Part shown: piece after piece, positions 42,902-53,748 of the stretch
Position numbering within the stretch: position 1 is the stretch's first letter
How the letters are laid out: every line of letters starts with the position of its first letter
Made by a program: the position numbers and the translations under genes
NCBI GenBank assembly: GCA_000434335.1
Contig: FR878314.1
Span: forward strand, 992-64,991
Source of the DNA: Clostridium sp. CAG:492
GTDB lineage: Bacteria; Bacillota; Clostridia; TANB77; CAG-508
Direction: 5' to 3'
DNA length: 64,000 bases
Notes under the pieces: model-generated
Database searches by the model: none
What the model saw: the letters and a program-made list of their open reading frames with translations, nothing else
Told to the model about the DNA's origin: nothing

Positions 42902-43915
42902 ATGATATATTCAGATTTTTTAAAGCAAGGAAGTTGTATAGGTGTTCCAGCACCATCAAGTGGAGCATATAACAATTTATATAATAATAGATATAATAAT
43001 GCAAAGAAAAAACTAGAAGAAAAAGGCTATAAAGTTGTATTATCAAAAAATATATTTAATTCATATAAAATGCGTAGTGCACCTGCAAAAGAAAGGGCAG
43101 AAGAGCTAAATAAAATGATAGAAAATAAAAATATTAATTTTATTATTTGTGCAGCAGGTGGAGAATTTTTAGTAGAAATGCTACCATATGTGAATTTGCA
43201 AAAAATACAAACAAATCCAAAATTTATTCAAGGATTTTCAGATCCAACAGGTATACTATTTCCAGTAACCACAAAATATGATATAGCAACAATATATGGA
43301 AATAATTTTGGTGATTATGGTGCAGAATGCGATGATAAAAGCATACTTGACAATATTCAAATAATTACAGGCAATATAATAAAACAAAAAAATTACGAAC
43401 TATTCGAGGATGAAAGAGCAGAAAGAATAACAGGATTAGAAGGCTATAATTTAACAAAAAAGGTCGAATGGAAAAGCTTAAATAATAGCGAAATAACTGT
43501 AACAGGAAGAATAATTGGTGGTTGTTTAGATATAATATCAGAAATAGCAGGAACAAAATATGATGGTACAAATGAATTTAACAAAAGATATAAAAATGAC
43601 GGAATTATTTGGTATTTTGATAATTGTGAGTTATCAAAAGAAGAGCTAATTCGTACGATATGGAAACTAAATGAACTTGATTATTTTAAATATGCAAAGG
43701 CAATTATATTTGGAAGAAACGGAGAAGAAACATCGTGTATAGGATATACAATGGAAGAAGCTTTACAAGATAGCGTTATATCAAATTTAAACATTCCAAT
43801 TATATATGATACTGATATATCACATAAAGGGCCATGTTTGACAATAATAAATGGTGCAATTGCAACAATATGCTATGATAATGGAAAAGGAAGTATAAAT
43901 TTTGAGTTAAAGTAG
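42902..43915 (+). CDS. LD-carboxypeptidase (peptidase S66, LdcA/MccF-like)
   Basis: Start at the ATG after AAGGAG. Contains the GFSDPTG serine nucleophile motif and a C-terminal DISH. Confidence 0.75.
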   Translation: MIYSDFLKQGSCIGVPAPSSGAYNNLYNNRYNNAKKKLEEKGYKVVLSKNIFNSYKMRSAPAKERAEELNKMIENKNINFIICAAGGEFLVEMLPYVNLQKIQTNPKFIQGFSDPTGILFPVTTKYDIATIYGNNFGDYGAECDDKSILDNIQIITGNIIKQKNYELFEDERAERITGLEGYNLTKKVEWKSLNNSEITVTGRIIGGCLDIISEIAGTKYDGTNEFNKRYKNDGIIWYFDNCELSKEELIRTIWKLNELDYFKYAKAIIFGRNGEETSCIGYTMEEALQDSVISNLNIPIIYDTDISHKGPCLTIINGAIATICYDNGKGSINFELK

Positions 43916-44124
43916 AAAAATGATAAGATAATAAAGTAAGTAATTGCAACATAATAAACAAAAATATTACCAAAAAAGCAATTATTTTCCTTGCAATGAC
44001 TAAAATTATATGATAAAATATCAAGGTATTAAAAATACAAAAACCTTATACTTAGTTCAAGGATAATTAACACCACTTAAACTCAGTTTAAGGATAAAAA
44101 ATAATAATGGAGGTGCATTGTAAA

Positions 44125-44388
44125 ATGACAAAGGAAAGAAAACAAGAAATAATCGCTACTTATAAAAGAGATGAAAACGATACTGGTTCACCAGAAGTTC
44201 AAATAGCTCTTTTAACAGAAAGAATCAATGAATTAACAGAACATCTAAAAGTTCATAAAAAAGACAATCATTCAAGAAGAGGTCTTTTAAAAATGGTAGG
44301 AAGCAGAAGAAACTTACTTAACTACTTAGCAAAAAAAGATGTTCAAAGATACAGAGATATCGTAGAAAAACTTGGATTAAGAAAATAA
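44125..44388 (+). CDS. rpsO: 30S ribosomal protein S15
   Basis: [10 protein letters not shown]...[38 protein letters not shown]. Confidence 0.95.
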   Translation: MTKERKQEIIATYKRDENDTGSPEVQIALLTERINELTEHLKVHKKDNHSRRGLLKMVGSRRNLLNYLAKKDVQRYRDIVEKLGLRK

Positions 44389-44395
44389 TAACTTT

Positions 44396-44434
44396 TGGAC
44401 GTTTTGCATAAATAAATTGCTAAACGTCCATTTT
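44396..44434 (+). terminator. Intrinsic terminator after rpsO
   Basis: Stem TGGACGTTT/AAACGTCCA followed by TTTT. Confidence 0.75.
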
Positions 44435-44583
44435 AATTAAATGGTGTTAAAAATGCTTAAAAATTAGTAAGTAGCTTGGATAAAGTACTTTAAAAAATTA
44501 TATTAAATAAAAGTAAATTAAAGTAATTTATCGAGGTTACAGCTAATTTTAGGCAAATAATAATTTATAAAGGAGAGAAGTAT

Positions 44584-46722
44584 ATGTTTAAATGTTATGA
44601 AACAGAATTAGCTGGAAGAAAATTAACAATTGAAACTGGAAAAATTGCAGAGCTTGCAAATGGAAGTGTTATGGTAAGATATGGAGATACTGTAGTAATG
44701 GTAAATGTTACAGCATCAAAAGAGCCAAGAGAAGGAATTGACTTTTTCCCATTATCAGTAGATTATGAAGAAAAACTATATGCTGTAGGAAAAATACCAG
44801 GAAGTTTTACAAAAAGAGAAGGAAAACCTGCAGATAAAGCTATATTAACATCGAGGGCAATAGATAGACCAATAAGACCATTATTCCCAAAAGATTTCAG
44901 AAATGATGTATGTGTAGTAGCAACAGTATTATCTGTAGAGCAAGATAACTCACCAGAGGTTTGTGCAATGATAGGAACAGCAGCAGCACTTGCAATATCA
45001 GACATTCCATTTGGAGGACCAACAGCAGCTGTTAATGTAGGATATGTAGATGACAAAATAGTAATAAATCCAACAGAAAAGCAAAGAGAACACAGTAGAT
45101 TACGTTTAACTGTAGCTGGAACACAAGAAAAAATAACAATGATTGAGGCCGGAGCAGATGAAATACCAAATAGCACAATGTTACAAGCAATAAAAGATGC
45201 TCATGTTGAAATAAAAAAATTATGTGATTTTATATCAAAGATACAAGCAGAAATAGGAAAACCAAAATTTGAATATCAATCATTTGCAACAGATAAAGAT
45301 GTATATGAAGAAATAAAATCAAACTTCAAAGAAAGAATGTACAAAGATGTTCAAGAAGTTGATAAAACTGTAAGAGATACAAATATAGAAAAAATAACTG
45401 AAGATATAACAAATTATTTTATAGAAAAATATGGAGAAGAATCAGCAGAAGAAAAGAAATCTGATATTGCAAATAGTGTTCATGATCTAGAAAAAGAATG
45501 TGTAAGAGAAATGATACTAGAAGAGCATAAAAGACCAGATGGTAGAAAAATAGATGAAATAAGACCACTATCTTGTGAAGTTGGAGTATTACCACGAGTA
45601 CACGGAAGTGCTATCTTTACAAGAGGTCAAACACAAGTAATGTCAATAGTAACTTTAGGAATGAAAAGTGAAGAGCAATTATTAGATGGATTAGATGAAG
45701 AAACAGGAAAAAGATATATGCATCAATATAACTTCCCATCATATAGTGTTGGAGAAGCAAGACCATCAAGAGGACCAGGAAGAAGAGAAATTGGCCATGG
45801 AGCATTAGCTGAAAAAGCATTAGTTCCAGTAATTCCATCAGAAGAAGAATTCCCATATGCAATAAGAGTTGTATCAGAAGTATTAAGCTCAAATGGTTCA
45901 ACATCACAAGCTAGTATATGTGGAAGTACATTAGCTTTAATGGATGCAGGTGTTCCAATTAAAAAGCCAGTAGCTGGAATATCAACAGGATTAGTAACAG
46001 ACAAAAATGATCCAAATAGATATGTAATGTTAACAGATATTCAAGGTATTGAAGATTTCTTTGGAGATATGGACTTTAAAGTAGGTGGAACAAAAGATGG
46101 TATAACTGCTATACAAGTTGACATTAAAATAGATGGATTAACATATGATATAATAGAACAAGCTTTTGAAAGAACAGAAAAAGCAAGAATGTATATATTA
46201 AATGACATAATGTTACCACAAATAGCAGAGCCACGTGCAGAAATTTCAAAATATGCTCCAAAAATAATAACAACAAAAATTAGTGTAGACAAAATAAAAG
46301 ATGTAATTGGAACAGGTGGAAAAGTTATAAACAAAATAATTGCTGAAACAAATGTAAAAATAGACATTGAAGAAGATGGTTCTGTATGTGTATATTCTAA
46401 TGATTCAAAAAATGCAGAAACAGCAATGAAAATGATAAAAGATATAGCAAGAGAAATAGAAGCAGGAGAAATTTATGATGGTGTTGTAACAAAAATAATG
46501 CCATTCGGAGCATTTGTTGATTTAGGTGGAGGAAAAGAAGGATTACTTCATATTTCAAAAATATCAAGTAAAAGAGTAGAAAAAGTAGAAGATGTATTAG
46601 CAATTGGAGACGAAATAAGAGTAAAAGTATCTGAAATTGATTCTCAAGGAAGAGTAAATTTAACAATGAAAGACCTAGAATCTACAGCTCAAAATAAAGA
46701 CGAAAACAAAGAAGAAAAATAA
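44584..46722 (+). CDS. pnp: Polyribonucleotide nucleotidyltransferase (PNPase)
   Basis: 712 aa with two RNase PH domains plus KH and S1 domains. Confidence 0.97.
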   Translation: MFKCYETELAGRKLTIETGKIAELANGSVMVRYGDTVVMVNVTASKEPREGIDFFPLSVDYEEKLYAVGKIPGSFTKREGKPADKAILTSRAIDRPIRPLFPKDFRNDVCVVATVLSVEQDNSPEVCAMIGTAAALAISDIPFGGPTAAVNVGYVDDKIVINPTEKQREHSRLRLTVAGTQEKITMIEAGADEIPNSTMLQAIKDAHVEIKKLCDFISKIQAEIGKPKFEYQSFATDKDVYEEIKSNFKERMYKDVQEVDKTVRDTNIEKITEDITNYFIEKYGEESAEEKKSDIANSVHDLEKECVREMILEEHKRPDGRKIDEIRPLSCEVGVLPRVHGSAIFTRGQTQVMSIVTLGMKSEEQLLDGLDEETGKRYMHQYNFPSYSVGEARPSRGPGRREIGHGALAEKALVPVIPSEEEFPYAIRVVSEVLSSNGSTSQASICGSTLALMDAGVPIKKPVAGISTGLVTDKNDPNRYVMLTDIQGIEDFFGDMDFKVGGTKDGITAIQVDIKIDGLTYDIIEQAFERTEKARMYILNDIMLPQIAEPRAEISKYAPKIITTKISVDKIKDVIGTGGKVINKIIAETNVKIDIEEDGSVCVYSNDSKNAETAMKMIKDIAREIEAGEIYDGVVTKIMPFGAFVDLGGGKEGLLHISKISSKRVEKVEDVLAIGDEIRVKVSEIDSQGRVNLTMKDLESTAQNKDENKEEK

Positions 46723-46734
46723 TAAAATAAAAGC

Positions 46735-46770
46735 AAAAACAATAGTATATTTTAGTATACTATTGTTTTT
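46735..46770 (+). terminator. Intrinsic terminator after pnp
   Basis: Perfect 15-bp stem AAAAACAATAGTATA/TATACTATTGTTTTT. Confidence 0.8.
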
Positions 46771-46899
46771 GAAAATAATCAAAAAATAAGGGGCTTTTTT
46801 GTGAATTATTTGTGAAAATATAAAAAAAAGTAACAAAATGTTGAAAAAAAGAATATAAGTAAGTATAATATATATGAATTTAAAATTAAGGAGTAAAAG

Positions 46900-48126
46900 A
46901 TGGAATATTTATATATAATACAACAGGCACTTATTTGGATTGTAACTATATATTGGTTATATCAATTCATAATTAGTTTGTGCTCTTTTGTTAAAATTAA
47001 AGAAAAACCTTTAAAAGAAGATAAACAACACAGATTCATGACAATAATACCAGCTCATAATGAAGAAAAAGTTGTAGTAAATTTAATAGAAAGTTTAAAA
47101 AAATTAGACTATCCAAAAGATTTATACGACATATATGTAATTGCAGATAACTGCACAGACAAAACAGCAGAAGTTGCAAAAAAAGCAGGAGCAATAGTAT
47201 ATGAAAGATTTGATGAAGCTCATAAAACAAAAGGTCATGCTCTTCAATGGTTTTTAGCTCAAAAAATTGAAGAAGATGCACCATATGATGCATTTTGTAT
47301 ATTTGATGCTGATAATATAGTAGATGAAAATTTCTTAAAAGTAATGAATAAAAAATTGTGTCAAGGAGAAGAAGTTGTTCAAGGATATAAAGACATAAAA
47401 AATCCATCAGACAGTTGGGTATCTGCAGGATATGCAATATTCTATTGGACAATGCATAGATTTTATCATTTAGCAAGATATAATATAGGTCTTTCACCTT
47501 TAATGAATGGAACAGGTTTTATGGTAAAATTTGATGTAATAAAACCTCAAGGATGGAACACAAAAACATTAACAGAAGATATAGAGTTTTCATTAAAAAG
47601 AATTATAGAAGGTAAAAAATTGGGTTGGGCAAGAGATGCAATAGTATATGATGAGCAACCAGTAGGATTTAAACAATCATGGACACAAAGATCAAGATGG
47701 ACAGTAGGACATATGCAATGCCTAAAAGAATATACAAAACCATTAGCTGAAGCTGTAGTAAAAAATAAAACAGTAATGAATTTTGACGGTTTATTATATA
47801 TGTTAGGAACAACACCAATGTTAATATTAACTTTAGTATTAGTAATAGTAAACATAGTGTTATTTGCAACAGGAGCAATGACAGGATTAGACTTTACAAT
47901 ACAAATGTTAAAATATATTATACCAACATTATTAGTATTACCATTTATGGGATTAGTAGTATTATACTTAGAAAAAAAGCCAATAAAACCAATGATAAAA
48001 GGATTATTAACATATCCAATTTTCATGGGATCATGGTTATTAATAAATATAAAATGTCTATTCAAAAGAGACACAGAATGGAAGAAAATAGACCATGTTG
48101 ATGATAAGAAAATAGAAGACCTTTAA
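46900..48126 (+). CDS. Family 2 glycosyltransferase, membrane-embedded processive type (PgaC/IcaA-like)
   Basis: IIPAHNEE, DNCTDKT, FDADN, TEDIEFS and QRSRW motifs. TM segments at both ends. Confidence 0.7.
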   Translation: MEYLYIIQQALIWIVTIYWLYQFIISLCSFVKIKEKPLKEDKQHRFMTIIPAHNEEKVVVNLIESLKKLDYPKDLYDIYVIADNCTDKTAEVAKKAGAIVYERFDEAHKTKGHALQWFLAQKIEEDAPYDAFCIFDADNIVDENFLKVMNKKLCQGEEVVQGYKDIKNPSDSWVSAGYAIFYWTMHRFYHLARYNIGLSPLMNGTGFMVKFDVIKPQGWNTKTLTEDIEFSLKRIIEGKKLGWARDAIVYDEQPVGFKQSWTQRSRWTVGHMQCLKEYTKPLAEAVVKNKTVMNFDGLLYMLGTTPMLILTLVLVIVNIVLFATGAMTGLDFTIQMLKYIIPTLLVLPFMGLVVLYLEKKPIKPMIKGLLTYPIFMGSWLLINIKCLFKRDTEWKKIDHVDDKKIEDL

Positions 48127-48384
48127 ACTAAAAAATTATAGACAATGTAAAAAATAAGGTTGTCATAAAATATATTAAGCAGAATTGTTAAATTGTTATT
48201 TAATGATTTTGCTTTTTTTATTGTAATATTAATTAAGCCTTTAAAATACTATTCTAGTCTATTTTATAATGTGAATAAATCATAGAATTATCAATTTGTA
48301 GATATGAAAAAATTTAAAAAACCCCTTTTTCTTTGTAAACAATAATGATATAATACATACAAATGTTTTAGGAGGAATAAAATT

Positions 48385-49224
48385 ATGTTCGAAACAATAA
48401 GAGTTTATGCTTTTGTTGGACCATCAGGAACAGGAAAGAGCTATAGAGCTCAAATGGTTGCGGGTGAAAATAATATTAAATACATAATAGATGACGGATT
48501 ACTTGTAAATGACAATGAAGTAGTTGCTGGTACATCAGCGAAAAAAGCACCAACTAAAATAGAAACAATAAGGCATGCTCTTTTTATTAATGAAGACGAA
48601 AAAAATGTGATTGTTGAAGCTATAAAAAAATATAAGCCAGAATCTATTTTAATATTAGGAACATCAGATGGAATGGTATCAAAAATTGCTCAAAATTTAG
48701 AATTACCACCAATAAGTAAAACTATTTATATATCAGATGTTGCAACAGAAGAAGAAATGCAAAAAGCTAGAAGAATTCGTGTAACACAAGGTAAACATGT
48801 TATACCAGTGCCTACATTTGAAATAAAAAAAGATTTTTCAGGATTTTTATTAGATCCTTTGCAAATATTTAAAATGAAAGGTGGAGGTCAAGATCCATAT
48901 ATTGCGGAAAAATCAATAATAAGACCTACATTTAGTTATTTAGGAAATTTTACAATTTCAGATACAGTATTTAGACAAATAATACAAATGTTAGTAAAAA
49001 AGGAAAAAGACATAGTTAAAATTTCAAAAATAAGAATAGATAAATATGGTGAAGGAATGTCAATTTATATGCAATCTATAGTAAAATATGGTTGTAATAT
49101 AGAAGAATGTCATAAAAAGTTTCAAAACAAGGTAAAAAAGGAAATTGAAAGATTGACATCAATGAATGTTCAAAAAATAGAAATCTTAGTAAAATCTATA
49201 ATAATGGATGAAACCAATAACTAA
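48385..49224 (+). CDS. P-loop NTPase domain fused to an Asp23/Gls24-like domain (hypothetical)
   Basis: Walker A GPSGTGKS at the N-terminus. The C-terminal approximately 100 aa has the Asp23-like pattern (ISDTVFRQI...IYMQSIVKYGCNI...VKKEIERLTSMNVQKIEILVKSI). Confidence 0.5.
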   Translation: MFETIRVYAFVGPSGTGKSYRAQMVAGENNIKYIIDDGLLVNDNEVVAGTSAKKAPTKIETIRHALFINEDEKNVIVEAIKKYKPESILILGTSDGMVSKIAQNLELPPISKTIYISDVATEEEMQKARRIRVTQGKHVIPVPTFEIKKDFSGFLLDPLQIFKMKGGGQDPYIAEKSIIRPTFSYLGNFTISDTVFRQIIQMLVKKEKDIVKISKIRIDKYGEGMSIYMQSIVKYGCNIEECHKKFQNKVKKEIERLTSMNVQKIEILVKSIIMDETNN

Positions 49225-49264
49225 TCAAGCTATTGGTTCAATTATAATACAAGGAGGAGTAAAA

Positions 49265-50572
49265 ATGTCATTTGTAGTTGCAATAGATGGACCTGCAGGA
49301 AGCGGAAAGGGAAGTATAACAGAAATAGTAGCCAAAAAATTAGGCTTAGAATGTATAGACACAGGAGCTATGTATAGATGTGTAACATTAGATATGATAA
49401 ATAAAAATATTAAATTAGATGAATTAGATAAAATAAAAGATCTATTGAACAATATAGATATAAATTTAGATGAAGAAAACAAAAAAGTATTTTTAAATGG
49501 AGAAGATGTTACTGAGAAAATAAGAAGTATGGAAGTAACTAAACTTGTGTCAAAGGTTTCAAGTATAAAAGAAGTAAGACTTAAACTTGTAGATTTGCAA
49601 AGAGCAATAGCTAAAAATAAAGACATAATAATGGAAGGTAGAGATATAACAACAGTTGTATTTCCAAAAGCAGATGTAAAAATTTATTTAGATGCAGATG
49701 TAGAAGAAAGAGCAAAGAGAAGATTTAAACAAAATCAGCAAAAAAATATAGAGTCAACATATGAAGAAGTATTACAAAATATGAAAAATCGCGATGAAAA
49801 TGACAAAAATAAAGAATTTGGTGCATTAAAAGTTGCAGAAGATGCAATAGTGATTGATTCAACAAATATGACAATAAAACAAGTTACTAAAAAAATTGTA
49901 AAATTAATAAAAGATACTAAAAAAGAGCAAAGACTTGAACAAAAAGTTTATGAAGAAACACCAGATACAGCTGTTAAAAGATTTAGATTAAAGCTTACTA
50001 AAGTTATAGTATATAATGTATTTTATAAATTAGTATATAGAATAAAAAAAGTTGATGAAAAAAACCTACCTGATGAAGGAGCATATATATTATGTGCAAA
50101 TCATGTAAATATGTTAGATGCTCTTGCTGTTGTTTGTGGATGTAAGAGAAAAGTTAGATTTATATGTAAAGAAAGTATGTTCAGAAACAAAGCCTTGGGA
50201 TGGGCTCTTAAACTATCAGATACGATACCAATAAATAGAGAAAAAAATGATATTGAAGCAATGAAAAGATCTTTAAAAGCATTGAAAAATGGCGAAGTAT
50301 TAGGAGTATTTCCAGAGGGGACAAGAAAAGGTATGGCAAAAAATTTAAAGGCAAAAAGTGGAGCTGCATTCTTTTCTTTAAAAACAGGAACAAAGGTAAT
50401 TCCAATGGGAATTCAAGGTTCATTTAAACCATTTACGAAAGTAAAATTAGTTTTTGGAGAGCCACTAGATTTTTCAGAATACTACGGCAAAGAAAAAGAT
50501 AAAGAAGCCTTAGAAAAAGTAACTAATATTATTATGGATAATATAGTTATGTTGACAAATAAAGATAAATAA
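49265..50572 (+). CDS. cmk: Cytidylate kinase fused to a 1-acyl-sn-glycerol-3-phosphate acyltransferase (PlsC-like) domain
   Basis: Start at the ATG after GGAGG. The Cmk part has VAIDGPAGSGKGS. The acyltransferase part has the NHVNMLD (HX4D) and FPEGTRK motifs. Confidence 0.8.
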   Translation: MSFVVAIDGPAGSGKGSITEIVAKKLGLECIDTGAMYRCVTLDMINKNIKLDELDKIKDLLNNIDINLDEENKKVFLNGEDVTEKIRSMEVTKLVSKVSSIKEVRLKLVDLQRAIAKNKDIIMEGRDITTVVFPKADVKIYLDADVEERAKRRFKQNQQKNIESTYEEVLQNMKNRDENDKNKEFGALKVAEDAIVIDSTNMTIKQVTKKIVKLIKDTKKEQRLEQKVYEETPDTAVKRFRLKLTKVIVYNVFYKLVYRIKKVDEKNLPDEGAYILCANHVNMLDALAVVCGCKRKVRFICKESMFRNKALGWALKLSDTIPINREKNDIEAMKRSLKALKNGEVLGVFPEGTRKGMAKNLKAKSGAAFFSLKTGTKVIPMGIQGSFKPFTKVKLVFGEPLDFSEYYGKEKDKEALEKVTNIIMDNIVMLTNKDK

Positions 50573-50609
50573 TATATAATAAAAAAATGTTAAGGTAGGT
50601 AAGAAATTT

Positions 50610-51827
50610 ATGGAAAAAATTAATGAAAATATTACATTTGAAGAATTATTAAATCAAACTTTAAAAGAAATTAAAGTTGGTCAAACTGTTACAGGAACAG
50701 TAATTGAAATAACACCTAAAAATGAAGTGTTTATAGATATTGGATATAAAGCTGATGGAATAATTCCAGCAAACGAATACATTTTAAATGCTGGTGAAAC
50801 AGTACAAGAAAAATTTAAATTAGGTGACAGGGTAACTGCTGTTATTGTAAAATTAAATGATGGATTAGGTAATGTATTATTATCATATAACAGAGCAAGA
50901 AGAGAAATTGATAAAAAAGAATTTGAAAGCAAAGTAAATAATAATACAATATTTAAAGCTATAGTTTCAGAAGTAAATGAAAAAGGATTAATAACAAACT
51001 TTAATACAATAAAAATATTTATACCATTATCATTATCTGGAATAAATAGAAACGAAGATCCACATACATATAAAGGAAAAGAAGTAAAATTCAAAGTAAT
51101 AGAGTATAATCCAAAAACAAATAGAATAATAGGATCAATAAAACAAATAGCTGATGAAGAAAAGAAAGCGAAACTTGATGAATTCTGGAATAATGTAGAA
51201 GTTGGAAAAATGTATACAGGAACAGTAACAAGTTTAAGTGAATATGGTGCTTTTGTTGATATAAACGGAGTAGTTCAAGGATTATTACATATATCAGAAA
51301 TGACATGGGAAAGAGATAAAAAACCAAAAGATATATTAGAAGTTGGACAAGAAATAAAAGTTAAAGTAAAAGAAGTTGATAAAGAAAATAAAAGATTAAA
51401 ATTAATTTATGACAAAAAAGGTCCAGATCCTTGGGAAAAAGTAGAAGAAAAGTATAAAGTATCAGATGTAATTCCAGTTAAAGTACTACACTTTGTTCCA
51501 TTTGGTGCATTTGTAAAAATAGAAAAAGGTATAGAAGGTTTAATTCATATATCACAAATATGTGAAAGAAGAATTGCAAAACCTGAAGATGCATTAAAAA
51601 TAGGACAAAAAGTAAATGCAAAAATAATTAGCATAGATAAAGAAAACAAAAAAATAGAATTATCAATAAGAGAAATAGAAGGCACAAGCCAAGATACAGA
51701 CTTAATGGTAAATGAAGAAAAATCAGTAGCAGTACAAGATGAAGAAAAAGGAATGACAACAACTAAAGAAACAGAAAAATCAATGATAAATACAGATAAC
51801 AACAAAGAAATAATAACAAAAGATTAA
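50610..51827 (+). CDS. rpsA: 30S ribosomal protein S1 (four S1 domains)
   Basis: Repeated S1 OB-fold motifs (GTVIEI.., GTVTSLSEYGAFVDI, VLHFVPFGAFVKI). Confidence 0.85.
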   Translation: MEKINENITFEELLNQTLKEIKVGQTVTGTVIEITPKNEVFIDIGYKADGIIPANEYILNAGETVQEKFKLGDRVTAVIVKLNDGLGNVLLSYNRARREIDKKEFESKVNNNTIFKAIVSEVNEKGLITNFNTIKIFIPLSLSGINRNEDPHTYKGKEVKFKVIEYNPKTNRIIGSIKQIADEEKKAKLDEFWNNVEVGKMYTGTVTSLSEYGAFVDINGVVQGLLHISEMTWERDKKPKDILEVGQEIKVKVKEVDKENKRLKLIYDKKGPDPWEKVEEKYKVSDVIPVKVLHFVPFGAFVKIEKGIEGLIHISQICERRIAKPEDALKIGQKVNAKIISIDKENKKIELSIREIEGTSQDTDLMVNEEKSVAVQDEEKGMTTTKETEKSMINTDNNKEIITKD

Positions 51828-51852
51828 TGCAATAAAAATTGCATGCAAATAA

Positions 51853-51883
51853 ATGGCAGACATTAAAATTCTATGTCTGCCAT
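51853..51883 (+). terminator. Hairpin after rpsA
   Basis: 11-bp stem ATGGCAGACAT/ATGTCTGCCAT with a weak T-tract. Confidence 0.5.
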
Positions 51884-51932
51884 CAAAATGATTTTTGATA
51901 AATAAAAAATGAATATAAAAGGAGTAATAAAA

Positions 51933-53747
51933 ATGAATAATAAAAACATAAGAAACATAGCTATTATAGCACACGTTGACCACGGAAAAACTACATTAGT
52001 AGATGCTTTATTAAAACAAAGTCATGTATTTAGAGCAAATGAACAAGTTGCAGAAAGAGTAATGGATTCAAATGATATTGAAAAAGAAAGAGGAATAACA
52101 ATTCTTTCAAAAAATACATCTGTTATGTATAATGATATAAAAATAAACATAGTAGATACACCAGGACATGCTGACTTTGGAGGAGAAGTTGAACGTGTTT
52201 TAAAAACCGTTGATGGTGTTTTGTTATTAGTAGATGCTTTTGAAGGACCAATGCCTCAAACTCGTGAAGTTCTAAAAAAATCACTAGCATTAAATTTAAA
52301 ACCAATAGTTGTAATTAATAAAATAGATAGACCAGGAGCAAATCCTTTAAAAGTTGTTGATCAAGTATTAGAATTATTTATTGAATTAAATGCATCTGAT
52401 GAACAATTAGATTTCCCTGTAATTTACGCATCAGCTAAAAATGGAATTGCAAAAATGCATTTAGATGATGAATCTGATAATGTTCATTGTATTTTTGATA
52501 CTATAATAAATACAATAGAACCACCAAAATGCGATATGGATGGAACAGCTCAAATGTTAGTTTCAAATATTGATTATGATGATTATTTAGGTAGAATTGC
52601 TGTTGGAAGAATCGAAAGGGGAACAATAAAAAACGGTATGGCAATTTCTATATGCAAAGGTGAAAAAGTTGTTCAAGGTAAAATTGCTAAATTATTTACT
52701 TATATGGGACTTAAAAAAGTTGAAGTTGATGAAGTAAAAGCTGGTGATATAGTAGCATTATCTGGAATTGCAGATGTTAATATAGGTGATACAATATGTG
52801 ATATAGATCACCCAGAAAAAATTCCTTTTGTTGATATTGATGAACCAACAGTTTCTATGACATTTAGTGTAAACAATGGACCTTTAGCTGGAAAAGAAGG
52901 ACAATTTATAACATCAAGACATATTAGAGACAGATTATTTAAAGAGCTAGAAAGAAATGTAAGTCTACGTGTTAAAGAAACAGATTCAGCTGATAGCTTC
53001 GAAGTATGTGGACGTGGAGAACTTCATTTATCAGTATTAATTGAAACAATGAGAAGAGAAGGATTTGAATTATTAGTATCTCGTCCAAAAGTTATTTTCA
53101 AAGAAATAGATGGTGTAAAATGCGAACCAATTGAAAAATTAGTTTGTAATGTACCTGATGATGCAATTGGAACTGTAATTGAAAAATTAGGAAGACGTAA
53201 AGCTGAAATGAATAATATGGAACCAGCAGAAGCTGGACATACAAAACTAGAATTTGATATACCAGCAAGAGGTTTAATTGGATATAGAACAGAATTCTTA
53301 ACAGATACAAAAGGTGTAGGAACAATGAATAGTGTATTTGATAGATATGAACCTTACAAAGGAGAAATATCATCAAGAACAAGAGGTGTTTTAGTAGCAT
53401 TTGAACCAGGTGTATCTGTAACATACGGATTATACAATGCACAAGAAAGAGGAGAATTACTAATAGGACCAGGTGTTGAAGTATATGAAGGAATGATAGT
53501 TGGAATAAATTCAAGAAATGAAGATATTGCAATAAATGTATGTAAAGAAAAACATTTAACAAACACAAGAGCTTCAGGATCAGATGATGCACTTCGTTTA
53601 GTTCCACCACTACAAATGTCACTAGAAAAAGCAATTGAATTTATAGCAGAAGACGAATTAGTTGAAGTTACTCCAAAGAATATTAGATTAAGAAAAGTAA
53701 TATTAGATAGCAAAACTCGTGAAAGAGAAGCTAGAAGGGGAAAATAG
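51933..53747 (+). CDS. typA: Translational GTPase TypA/BipA
   Basis: Start at the ATG after [42 protein letters not shown]. Confidence 0.95.
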   Translation: MNNKNIRNIAIIAHVDHGKTTLVDALLKQSHVFRANEQVAERVMDSNDIEKERGITILSKNTSVMYNDIKINIVDTPGHADFGGEVERVLKTVDGVLLLVDAFEGPMPQTREVLKKSLALNLKPIVVINKIDRPGANPLKVVDQVLELFIELNASDEQLDFPVIYASAKNGIAKMHLDDESDNVHCIFDTIINTIEPPKCDMDGTAQMLVSNIDYDDYLGRIAVGRIERGTIKNGMAISICKGEKVVQGKIAKLFTYMGLKKVEVDEVKAGDIVALSGIADVNIGDTICDIDHPEKIPFVDIDEPTVSMTFSVNNGPLAGKEGQFITSRHIRDRLFKELERNVSLRVKETDSADSFEVCGRGELHLSVLIETMRREGFELLVSRPKVIFKEIDGVKCEPIEKLVCNVPDDAIGTVIEKLGRRKAEMNNMEPAEAGHTKLEFDIPARGLIGYRTEFLTDTKGVGTMNSVFDRYEPYKGEISSRTRGVLVAFEPGVSVTYGLYNAQERGELLIGPGVEVYEGMIVGINSRNEDIAINVCKEKHLTNTRASGSDDALRLVPPLQMSLEKAIEFIAEDELVEVTPKNIRLRKVILDSKTREREARRGK

Positions 53748-53748
53748 T

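Noticed and set aside
44020-44124. Direct repeats CTTAGTTCAAGGATAA / CTCAGTTTAAGGATAA and a small AAGGT/ACCTT stem in the rpsO leader.
   Set aside because: Most likely part of an ordinary S15 autoregulatory leader. I cannot define a structure confidently by eye.
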